Shown in pieces: positions 17,193 through 25,942 of a DNA stretch of 32,000 nucleotides. How positions within the stretch are numbered: the first letter of the stretch is position 1; each line of letters starts with the position of its first letter. The notes under the pieces were generated by a model. It did no database searches, had not been told where the DNA came from, and saw nothing but the letters and a program-made list of their open reading frames with translations. The stretch covers positions 30,001-62,000 of the forward strand of contig JBAZRV010000002.1 in assembly GCA_041662745.1 (NCBI GenBank), written 5' to 3'. Both the position numbers and the translations under genes were made by a program. The stretch comes from Patescibacteria group bacterium. Its GTDB lineage: Bacteria; Patescibacteriota; Patescibacteriia; 2-01-FULL-39-33.

Positions 17193-17990
17193 ATGTTAGA
17201 CAGGTTACTCAAATCATTAATCTATTCTTTAGCGGCAATACTTATTGCCGTGTTTTTTCATTACCTGGGTTGGTTGAGGCCGGTGGAGAATGTGTTCATC
17301 TTGCTATTCAAGCCGTTGCAAGGCGGCGCTTATGAGCTATCGCAGAAAACCAAGAATTTTTCCGATTACTGGTTGCGCAAAAGGAATCTTATCGCCGAGA
17401 ATCAAAAGCTGATTGAGGAAATAAAAAACCTGTCTTTGGACCAATCCAAAATAAACAGTTTGGAAGAAGAAAATGCTTTATTGAAGAAAGAGCTGAATTT
17501 TATTGACGAGGATAAAAAACAATTCGTGGCCGCGCGCATTATCACCGGCGTATCCGATCCCTTGTCGCAGACCGTCATCATTGATCGCGGCGCCCGAGAC
17601 GGTATCGTTAAGGGATTGGCGGTCTCGGTTGATCGCGGCGTGTTGGTCGGAAAGATAGCCGAGGTTTTTGACGATTATTCCAAAGTGATGCTGTTATCGG
17701 ACAATAAATCGCGCGTGGCGGCGACGGTGCAGAATCTTGACCATACCGTCGGCCTGGTTGAGGGGCAATACGGCCTATCTTTTGCCATGACTAACATCCC
17801 GCAAAATCAGGATATTCGTCAAGGCGATTTGGTGGTTACTTCCGGCTTGGAGGGCCAAATACCCAAAGATCTGTTAATCGCTAAAGTGGAAAGCGTTAAA
17901 ACGGTAGAATCGGAGATTTTTAAGACTGCCATTCTTCAGCCCATTATACCCTTGAGCAACCTGTCTTATGTCTTGGTTATTATACCTTAA
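17193..17990 (+). CDS. mreC: Rod-shape-determining protein MreC
   Basis: It has an N-terminal TM, a coiled-coil (NQKLIEEIKNLS...LEEENALLKKEL), then the beta domain motifs IIDRGARDGIVKGLAV and VVTSGLEGQIPKDLLIAKV. Confidence 0.8.
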   Translation: MLDRLLKSLIYSLAAILIAVFFHYLGWLRPVENVFILLFKPLQGGAYELSQKTKNFSDYWLRKRNLIAENQKLIEEIKNLSLDQSKINSLEEENALLKKELNFIDEDKKQFVAARIITGVSDPLSQTVIIDRGARDGIVKGLAVSVDRGVLVGKIAEVFDDYSKVMLLSDNKSRVAATVQNLDHTVGLVEGQYGLSFAMTNIPQNQDIRQGDLVVTSGLEGQIPKDLLIAKVESVKTVESEIFKTAILQPIIPLSNLSYVLVIIP

Positions 17991-18519
17991 ACTGAATAAT
18001 AAATGGCGACCGCTATTGGCTGTTGTTTGCCTGATCGGCGCAGTAGTTTTGAATTTGCTGTTAGCCGGCGGAGTAATCAAGTATTTGGCTTTCGTTAATT
18101 TGATTTTTGCCGCTCTGGTTGTTTTGGTTAATTTGCGCAGCGTCGGTGAAGCGTTTATCTTTGCTGCCGTTAGCGGCATTATTCTAGATATTTATTCCGG
18201 CCTGCCCTTCGGTTTGACGGCGGCCAGCTTGGTGTTGTCCGCGGCCGTTATGGAAATATTAATCGCCAATATCTTTTCCAATCGGTCGTTTTATTCTTTG
18301 GTCGGCTTGGGCGCGATCGGTTTGATTGTTTATCGCTTAATTTTCGCTTTATTCACTCAAAGCCTGTTCTTTATCGGCCTGACCGATGCCACCATCAATT
18401 GGAATTTCGGCCTGCAGATGATTCAGGAACTGGTTTTGACTTCTTTGCTGCTGGTTGCAGTTTTTTTTGTTATTGATCGCTGGTCCAACAGCTTTCGTCC
18501 TAATTATTTATCGCGGTAG
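17968..18519 (+). CDS. mreD: Rod-shape-determining protein MreD (polytopic membrane protein)
   Basis: The call rests on position between mreC and PBP2, a 23-nt overlap with mreC, and five or so hydrophobic helices. Sequence conservation in this family is weak. Confidence 0.65.
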   Translation: MSWLLYLKLNNKWRPLLAVVCLIGAVVLNLLLAGGVIKYLAFVNLIFAALVVLVNLRSVGEAFIFAAVSGIILDIYSGLPFGLTAASLVLSAAVMEILIANIFSNRSFYSLVGLGAIGLIVYRLIFALFTQSLFFIGLTDATINWNFGLQMIQELVLTSLLLVAVFFVIDRWSNSFRPNYLSR

Positions 18520-18520
18520 T

Positions 18521-20422
18521 ATGGCCAATCCCTTCGCCACAATTGAGCCGATAGCTATCAAGCGCAAGAGCCGTTTGAACTGGGTGGAAGACAGCTGCGA
18601 TCTTAGCAACTCCCTGGAAAGCGGCGTAGAAACCGGTTATTTGAATTTATCCTTATCCGGCAGGAAAATCCGCTGGTTTTTTTTGTTGATCGCTTTGGCG
18701 CTAGCAGTGGTTCTCGTCAAAAGTTTCTGGTTGCAAATAATTTCCGGCGAACATTATTTTTCTTTGGCGGAAAACAACCGCATCAAAACCGAATACGTTA
18801 AAGCGCATCGCGGCATTATTTTTGATCGCAACGGCCAGCCCCTGGTCAATAATCTGTTCGGCTTCTCCTTGTCTTTGTTGCCGGCGGAATTACCCAAGGA
18901 TGAGGCGGTCCGGGCGGAAGAAATCAAAGAATTATCCGGGATTATTGATATGCCCGAAGGGGAGATTGAAGCGCGTTTAGTCGGCGCCGATGAGAATTAC
19001 TATCAACCGGTAACCTTGCGCGTCGGTGTTCCTTATGAGCAGGCCATGATTATTAAAATCAAGGCCGATGATTTGCCCGGCGCCGAGCTTAATGTGGATT
19101 CCTGGCGTTTGTATCCGATTAGCGAATCCTTGTCCCATATCTTGGGTTATATCGGCAAGTTGAATCAGGAGGAATATCGGGAATTAAGCGATAGTTACCT
19201 AATGGACGCCAATATCGGCAAGGCCGGTCTAGAGAAGCAGTATGAAAGCAATTTACGCGGAATTAACGGTCAAGAACAAATTGAAGTTGATGCCCTGGGC
19301 CGGGAGAAAAAAGTTATCTCTCAGAATCAATCGGTGCCGGGGGATAATGTAGTATTGTCATTGGATGCGGCATTGCAAGAAAAAATTTATGAGGTGTTAA
19401 ATGCCAGAGTTAAGGGCAAGAAGGCCTCGGTAATCGTTTCCAATCCGCAAAACGGCGAGATTTTGGCCATGGTTGATTACCCCAGTTTTGATAATAATCT
19501 TTTTACCGGTGGCATTAGCGCCGATGATTATAAAAAACTGTTGGCTGATCCTAATAATCCCTTGTTCACTCGTTCAATTTTCGGCGAATACCCTTCCGGT
19601 TCAACGGTCAAGCCGGTAATAGCTTCCGCCGCCTTGGAAGAAAAAATCATTACCAAGGGTACTACGGTTAATTCCGTCGGCGGCATCAGAGTCGGCCAAT
19701 GGTATTTTCCCGATTGGCAGAGCGGTGGCCATGGTGTAACTAACGTCACAAAAGCCATTGCTTGGTCCGTTAATACTTTCTTTTATTACATCGGCGGCGG
19801 TTATGGCGATTTTGCCGGTTTGGGTTTGGAGCGGTTGGTGAAATATTTTAAATCATTCGGTCTGGGCCAGGCGACCGGAATTGATTTGCCCGGCGAACGG
19901 CCGGGATTCGTGCCTGACGCCAAATGGAAAGAAGACACCAAGAATGAAGTCTGGTATATCGGCGACACTTATCATTTATCTATCGGCCAGGGCGATTTAT
20001 TAGTAACGCCATTGCAGGTTAATAATTATACGGCGGCAGTGGCTAACGGTGGCAAATTAATCAAGCCTCATTTGGCTGTAGCGATTATTAAGGCCGACGG
20101 TACCAAGCAAACCGTTCAGTCGGAAGTAATCAGGCAAATTCCGGTTTCCGCGGAAAACTTGGCGATTGTCCGCGAGGGCATGCGACAGACCGTAACGGCC
20201 GGTTCCGCCGGCAGCCTGAATGCTCTGCCTGTTGCCGTGGCCGGGAAAACCGGTACAGCTCAATGGAGTTCAACCAAAGCCAATCATGCCTGGTTTGCCG
20301 GCTTTGCCCCTTATGACAACCCTAATTTTTGCATTACCGTCTTAGTGGAGGAGGGCGGGGAAGGCTCTTCTGTCTCCGTACCGATTGCCAGGGATATTAT
20401 GCAGTGGTGGTTTACCAGATAA
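18521..20422 (+). CDS. mrdA: Penicillin-binding protein 2 (elongasome transpeptidase)
   Basis: It has an N-terminal TM, a PBP dimerisation domain (RG.I.DRNG.PL), SGSTVKP (SxxK), a WSVN context (SxN) and KTGTAQ (KTG). I start it at ATG 18521, directly after the mreD stop, rather than at 18455. Confidence 0.9.
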   Translation: MANPFATIEPIAIKRKSRLNWVEDSCDLSNSLESGVETGYLNLSLSGRKIRWFFLLIALALAVVLVKSFWLQIISGEHYFSLAENNRIKTEYVKAHRGIIFDRNGQPLVNNLFGFSLSLLPAELPKDEAVRAEEIKELSGIIDMPEGEIEARLVGADENYYQPVTLRVGVPYEQAMIIKIKADDLPGAELNVDSWRLYPISESLSHILGYIGKLNQEEYRELSDSYLMDANIGKAGLEKQYESNLRGINGQEQIEVDALGREKKVISQNQSVPGDNVVLSLDAALQEKIYEVLNARVKGKKASVIVSNPQNGEILAMVDYPSFDNNLFTGGISADDYKKLLADPNNPLFTRSIFGEYPSGSTVKPVIASAALEEKIITKGTTVNSVGGIRVGQWYFPDWQSGGHGVTNVTKAIAWSVNTFFYYIGGGYGDFAGLGLERLVKYFKSFGLGQATGIDLPGERPGFVPDAKWKEDTKNEVWYIGDTYHLSIGQGDLLVTPLQVNNYTAAVANGGKLIKPHLAVAIIKADGTKQTVQSEVIRQIPVSAENLAIVREGMRQTVTAGSAGSLNALPVAVAGKTGTAQWSSTKANHAWFAGFAPYDNPNFCITVLVEEGGEGSSVSVPIARDIMQWWFTR

Positions 20423-20533
20423 GGCGGATTATGTTAAACTGCTAAAATCGGCAGTACTTTAACTGTGACAGCTGTTAAAAGTGATAATTTTGCCTTATTT
20501 ATGCGGCTTTTTGCTAATTATTATCAACGGCTA

Positions 20534-20562
20534 TTGACAACATTAAGAGACCGTGATATCAT
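20534..20562 (+). promoter_or_regulatory. Sigma70-like promoter upstream of greA
   Basis: TTGACA (20534-20539), a 17 nt spacer, then TATCAT (20557-20562) with TG at 20554-20555 (extended -10). Confidence 0.5.
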
Positions 20563-20638
20563 TATTACTATAAATTCACTCTAATTTCTCAAATCGTCTT
20601 TAATGGAGGAGTTTTTAAATTGTCTAAAATACAAATAC

Positions 20639-21097
20639 ATGTCAGAAAATTATATCTCTTCCGACGGTCTGAAAAAGATCAAGGAAGAACTGGAACAACT
20701 TAAAGCAATTGATCGTCCCGAGGTTATTGACCGCATCGCCAAAGCGCGCGATTTGGGTGATTTATCGGAAAACGCCGAGTATCATGAAGCCAGGGAAAAG
20801 CAAAGTTTTATTGAAGGCCGCATTCAAGAATTGGAGGCCTTGGTTAGAAATGCCGTCATTATCAAAAATAAGAAATCAGATACGGTGCAGATCGGCTCCA
20901 CCGTCCACGCCACTTGCGATAACGGCATGAAAGTCAAATATCAGATTGTCGGCCACTCCGAAGCTGATCCGGCCAACGGACGAATCAGCCACCAGTCGCC
21001 TTTGGGTTCGGCTTTCATCGGCAAGGGCATCGGCCACGAGTTTGAACTTAAAGTGCCGGCCGGCGCCATCAAGTGCGTTATTGATCATATTGAATAA
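20639..21097 (+). CDS. greA: Transcription elongation factor GreA
   Basis: GLKKIKEELEQLK...RPEVIDRIAKARDLGDLSENAEYHEAREKQSFIEGRIQELE matches the GreA coiled-coil. The C-terminal domain is also present. ATG 20639 gives the usual N-terminus. An in-frame ATG at 20603 would add 12 aa. Confidence 0.9.
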   Translation: MSENYISSDGLKKIKEELEQLKAIDRPEVIDRIAKARDLGDLSENAEYHEAREKQSFIEGRIQELEALVRNAVIIKNKKSDTVQIGSTVHATCDNGMKVKYQIVGHSEADPANGRISHQSPLGSAFIGKGIGHEFELKVPAGAIKCVIDHIE

Positions 21098-21203
21098 TTT
21101 TAATATTTTTTTAGTGTTTTTTATTGAATTGTCGGTTTTGAAGTTTTAGATTGGCAGTCAAAGAGTCTTTTAAAAGTAAATCAACAACCGGAAGGAGAGA
21201 GTA

Positions 21204-21623
21204 ATGAGACATAATGATTCTGGCTTTAGCTTAGTTGAGTTTTTGGTTGTTATGGCAATTCTGGCTATTTTGGCGAGTATAATTGTCGGTAGCGGCGGCG
21301 GCTGCAGTGTTGGTGATGGGGAACGGGTAGGCAAGGTGGTTAAATTGAGCTACAAAGGCGTAATCTGGAAAACCAATGAGGGTCAATTGATTTTAGGTGA
21401 TAAGGGGACTATTACCAATAATACTTGGGATTTCAGCATTCTAGACCCCGACATTTATCAGCAGATTAAAAAGGCAATGGAAGATCAGAAACTTGTACGT
21501 CTGTCTTATCATCAGAATTTTCTTATTCGTCCCTGGAACGGTTCTACCACCTATTTCATTACCGGTGTCAGTATTGTTGGATCGGGAGAGAAACACGAGG
21601 AAGTTGTTGAATTGCAAGAATAG
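21204..21623 (+). CDS. Prepilin-type N-terminal cleavage/methylation domain protein (pilin/pseudopilin-like)
   Basis: It has a strong SD (GGAAGGAGAG). The N-terminus SG-FSLVEFLVVMAILAILASIIV matches the type IV pilin class III signal (G/F-x-x-x-E plus a hydrophobic helix). I do not recognise the globular part. Confidence 0.65.
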   Translation: MRHNDSGFSLVEFLVVMAILAILASIIVGSGGGCSVGDGERVGKVVKLSYKGVIWKTNEGQLILGDKGTITNNTWDFSILDPDIYQQIKKAMEDQKLVRLSYHQNFLIRPWNGSTTYFITGVSIVGSGEKHEEVVELQE

Positions 21624-21649
21624 GGATGAGCTGTAAGCACATTAATATA

Positions 21650-21690
21650 ATACCGCTTAGCTGTGTTGGCTGAGCGGTATTTTTATTTTA
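21650..21690 (+). terminator. Intrinsic terminator between the convergent pilin-like gene and gyrB
   Basis: ATACCGCTTAGC-tgtgttg-GCTGAGCGGTAT forms a 12-bp stem with one G-U pair, followed by ttttatttta. Confidence 0.7.
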
Positions 21691-21707
21691 TTCGGTTTTA
21701 TTCGGTT

Positions 21708-23783
<2,076 letters not shown>

Positions 23784-23801
23784 TTATCTAAATTTAGATA
23801 A
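23784..23801. repeat. Perfect 18-bp palindrome, 3 nt upstream of the gyrB start codon
   Basis: TTATCTAAATTTAGATAA equals its own reverse complement. The gyrB ATG is the rc of 23778-23780. Confidence 0.9.
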
Positions 23802-23816
23802 GAATAACACCAATCA

Positions 23817-23836
23817 CTGTCGAAAAATTTCGACAG
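23817..23836. repeat. Inverted repeat in the putative gyrB leader
   Basis: CTGTCGAAA-aa-TTTCGACAG has 9-bp arms. Confidence 0.8.
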
Positions 23837-23855
23837 CAGGTGACTGAAATTAATG

Positions 23856-23864
23856 TTTTCCACA
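23856..23864 (+). promoter_or_regulatory. DnaA-box-like 9-mer (one mismatch)
   Basis: TTTTCCACA versus the consensus TTATCCACA. Confidence 0.35.
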
Positions 23865-23870
23865 CCTTTA

Positions 23871-23899
23871 ATTTTAGCATTTTTTAGGTATTTCTACAA
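23871..23899 (-). promoter_or_regulatory. Candidate gyrB promoter
   Basis: On the - strand: TTGTAG (rc of 23894-23899), a 17 nt spacer, then TGcTAAAAT (rc of 23871-23879). The predicted leader is about 85 nt and contains both palindromes. Confidence 0.35.
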
Positions 23900-23968
23900 G
23901 AGAAAAAATCATGATTTATCGTTCAATTTTAGGTATTATATTAGCCAATAAAACGGTTGATTTTGTGT

Positions 23969-23977
23969 TGTGGATAA
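23969..23977 (-). promoter_or_regulatory. Perfect DnaA-box 9-mer
   Basis: + strand TGTGGATAA is TTATCCACA on the - strand. It lies 14 nt upstream of the -35 of the 23991 promoter. Confidence 0.45.
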
Positions 23978-23990
23978 GTTATTTTTTAGG

Positions 23991-24019
23991 TTGACAAAAT
24001 TTCTCCAATGTACTATCAT
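23991..24019 (+). promoter_or_regulatory. Sigma70-like promoter for the 24113-25211 gene pair
   Basis: TTGACA (23991-23996), a 17 nt spacer, then TATCAT (24014-24019). The leader contains the hairpin AATCCCAA-agg-TTGGGATT (24028-24046). Confidence 0.5.
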
Positions 24020-24112
24020 TATTTGATAATCCCAAAGGTTGGGATTTCACTCGGTCCGGAGTGGCATAACGCCAAAGGACAAAGTACATCAACAAAAAGA
24101 AAGGAAATGCCC

Positions 24113-24877
24113 ATGCCTAAGAAAGCAGGGAATGTCCAAGACAGCGGTTTAACCGCGAAACAGCAACGTGAGCTGTTCACAATGATGATTCTCGCAACTC
24201 CTACGGATATACCGCGGTACATTTATGACCAATGGACGGCTAACCCCCTCGGTCTTAATCGCGAAGTGCGGCGGATTTTGATGTCGCCAACTAACAAACC
24301 AATGGTTTTGCTCGCCCTTCAGCACGACACCGACACCCTCGCCCAACTGGAGAGTTGGGAACGGCACTACCATGATGAATATGGCATGGCCGTTGATTTT
24401 TCCGGCATATTTATTCCGCTTCGTCGCGACGGCTTTAAGCGTTTGATTGTCGTGCCGCAAGGCATGACGTGCAACTTCGCTTTCGCCAAGAATGCCAGTA
24501 TGTTTCCGTGTTTGGCATGGGCGAGCGATTTAGATACTGCTGTCAAAGGCCGTAACGATCGCGAGCCGCATCGGCATTATGCCATCTGGATTCGCGGTGA
24601 TGTAGAGCCGGATGAAGTGTTCCTGACGGCCCATCAGGCGCGAGCTTTCGGTTTGAGTTGCACTACTCTTCTGGAGGACTTGTTAATGGAACTGAAGTAT
24701 TTCAAGGAAACCGGCGAGCATCTCAATAAGCGGAGGATTACTCGTTGCGACGGTTCGCGCCACTCCGATGGCCTTGTGTCAGGCGTCAGTTGGTACGGTG
24801 TAGATTTCCGGGTCTGCAGGTTTAATCTCAGCGATTATCCGGAAGACAATTTGCGTCCTCGTTCCGTAATTTCTTAA
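24113..24877 (+). CDS. Hypothetical 254-aa protein (ORFan to me)
   Basis: I prefer the ATG at 24113, with AGGA 7 nt upstream, over the track start at 24008, which lies inside the promoter. The ORF is long and clean. Two 60-nt lines counted by hand were each 57% GC, against about 48-50% for two sampled backbone lines. I recognise no motif. Confidence 0.55.
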   Translation: MPKKAGNVQDSGLTAKQQRELFTMMILATPTDIPRYIYDQWTANPLGLNREVRRILMSPTNKPMVLLALQHDTDTLAQLESWERHYHDEYGMAVDFSGIFIPLRRDGFKRLIVVPQGMTCNFAFAKNASMFPCLAWASDLDTAVKGRNDREPHRHYAIWIRGDVEPDEVFLTAHQARAFGLSCTTLLEDLLMELKYFKETGEHLNKRRITRCDGSRHSDGLVSGVSWYGVDFRVCRFNLSDYPEDNLRPRSVIS

Positions 24878-24920
24878 TTTCGTTCTTTTATAATTCAACC
24901 AAGCCGAATAAGGAGATGAA

Positions 24921-25211
24921 ATGAGCACCAGAGATAATTCTGTAAAATGTCCAGTATGTGGCAGAGAGGGAATTAGTAATAACCTATATGCTGACGAATT
25001 CAAGCCGGAGGAATTCAGAACTGAGCTTGTTTGTATTTTTTGTCAGGCCAAGTTCAATCCTTGTGGTGGCTGTCATGGTCAAGGAATTGGTGATTATCCT
25101 TATGAATGCTCAATTTGCGGAGGTAGTGGCGTTGGGAGACGATTGATAACGGATCAATCCGAGATGGTAGCGACGAAACAATCTAAGATGGTAGCGACGA
25201 AACAACCTTAA
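24921..25211 (+). CDS. Small Cys-rich zinc-finger protein with DnaJ-type CxxCxGxG repeats
   Basis: It has a strong SD (AAGGAGatgaa-ATG). Four CxxC pairs are present: CPVCGREG, CIFCQ, CGGCHGQG and CSICGGSG. The C-terminus is a duplicated octapeptide, SEMVATKQ-SKMVATKQ. Confidence 0.6.
   Translation: MSTRDNSVKCPVCGREGISNNLYADEFKPEEFRTELVCIFCQAKFNPCGGCHGQGIGDYPYECSICGGSGVGRRLITDQSEMVATKQSKMVATKQP
25158..25205 (+). repeat. 24-bp tandem duplication at the 3' end of the zinc-finger gene
   Basis: tccgagatggtagcgacgaaacaa (25158-25181) and tctaagatggtagcgacgaaacaa (25182-25205) have 2 mismatches, are in frame, and end 3 nt (one Pro codon) before the stop codon. Confidence 0.85.
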
Positions 25212-25226
25212 TTCTTGTTCTTTATG

Positions 25227-25257
25227 CCGTGTCGGCTTTGCCTGACGCGGTTTTTTT
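25227..25257 (+). terminator. Intrinsic terminator after the zinc-finger gene
   Basis: CCGTGTC...GACGCGG forms a stem of 7 bp (one G-U pair) plus inner GG/CC, followed by TTTTTTT (25251-25257). Confidence 0.7.
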
Positions 25258-25269
25258 GTCAAAATAAAA

Positions 25270-25296
25270 CTCGTCCCGATAGAATATCGGGACGAG
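25270..25296 (-). terminator. Intrinsic terminator of the 25713-25309 gene
   Basis: CTCGTCCCGATA-gaa-TATCGGGACGAG forms a perfect 12-bp stem. On the - strand it is followed by ttttatttt. Confidence 0.8.
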
Positions 25297-25308
25297 GAAT
25301 GAGCTTTG

Positions 25309-25713
25309 TTACTGGGGCGATTGAGCCGGCTTTTGCCGTGGCTTGAAATACCCTAAATACCAGGTCAGTAAAAAAAATCCTAAGAAAATAACCCAGCAGA
25401 TCGCGCCTTGGATTATGGCTATAACCACAAGATCCCACCAGAATGTGAGAACGCCCGCCAACATGATAATCGGTCCGTACAACAATAATATCGCTATCAG
25501 CAATAATCGGTTGATCTGATGTTGCGAGGCGGATATTACGACCGAAGCAATGAGGCTAAAGTACCAGCCGAAGAAAGGTATTGTCAGGATAATCACCCCG
25601 GCTGCTATTGCCATAACAATTAAAATAACGTTTACGGAAAATTCCCAGGTTACGCTGCCGGCTTTTTTGATAAAGCTAATAATCGCCGAGAGCAATTCGT
25701 TGATTTTTTTCAT
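25309..25713 (-). CDS. Hypothetical four-helix integral membrane protein (134 aa)
   Basis: It has four long hydrophobic segments, a moderate SD (GAAAGGGctaaaa-ATG), and its own promoter and terminator. I recognise no family. Confidence 0.6.
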   Translation of the reverse strand: MKKINELLSAIISFIKKAGSVTWEFSVNVILIVMAIAAGVIILTIPFFGWYFSLIASVVISASQHQINRLLLIAILLLYGPIIMLAGVLTFWWDLVVIAIIQGAICWVIFLGFFLLTWYLGYFKPRQKPAQSPQ

Positions 25714-25800
25714 TTTTAGCCCTTTCTTTCGGTTTGTTTGTTTTGTTCGTTTTAATTTTAATGTCCGATTCAGCTTGACTGGGCGTCAAATCAATATTGC

Positions 25801-25829
25801 ATTGTATCACGTATTAAATAAATTGTCAA
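25801..25829 (-). promoter_or_regulatory. Near-consensus sigma70-like promoter for the membrane ORFan
   Basis: On the - strand: TTGACA (rc of 25824-25829), a 17 nt spacer, then TACAAT (rc of 25801-25806). The roughly 80-nt leader is CA-rich (aaacgaacaaaacaaacaaacc). Confidence 0.55.
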
Positions 25830-25868
25830 TAGGGATGATTCAGAGTGGTTCCGAGGTGATTTTTCGGT

Positions 25869-25897
25869 TTGCATTAAAAATCTGATTTTGTTATAAT
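25869..25897 (+). promoter_or_regulatory. Sigma70-like promoter for aspS
   Basis: TTGCAT (25869-25874), a 17 nt spacer, then TGtTATAAT (25889-25897). Confidence 0.5.
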
Positions 25898-25942
25898 ATA
25901 AACAATTTAAACGGGAGGGAAATTCAAAAATAAGCAAATTTT

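Noticed and set aside
18455-18520. An upstream extension of the PBP2 ORF that overlaps mreD by 65 nt.
   Set aside because: The extension is a hydrophobic read-through of the mreD coding region in another frame. ATG 18521, directly after the mreD stop, gives a normal PBP2 N-terminus (short cytoplasmic tail, then a TM).
23911-23994. A 27-codon hydrophobic sORF (MIYRSILGIILANKTVDFVLWISYFLG) in the gyrB/ORFan intergenic region.
   Set aside because: It has no convincing SD, lies in very AT-rich sequence where such ORFs arise by chance, and overlaps the DnaA box and the -35 element. I have no way to support it without conservation or ribosome-profiling data.
24008-24112. The longer start of the 289-aa ORF at ATG 24008.
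   Set aside because: That ATG lies inside the predicted promoter, between the -35 and -10 elements, and has no SD. ATG 24113 has AGGA at a proper distance.
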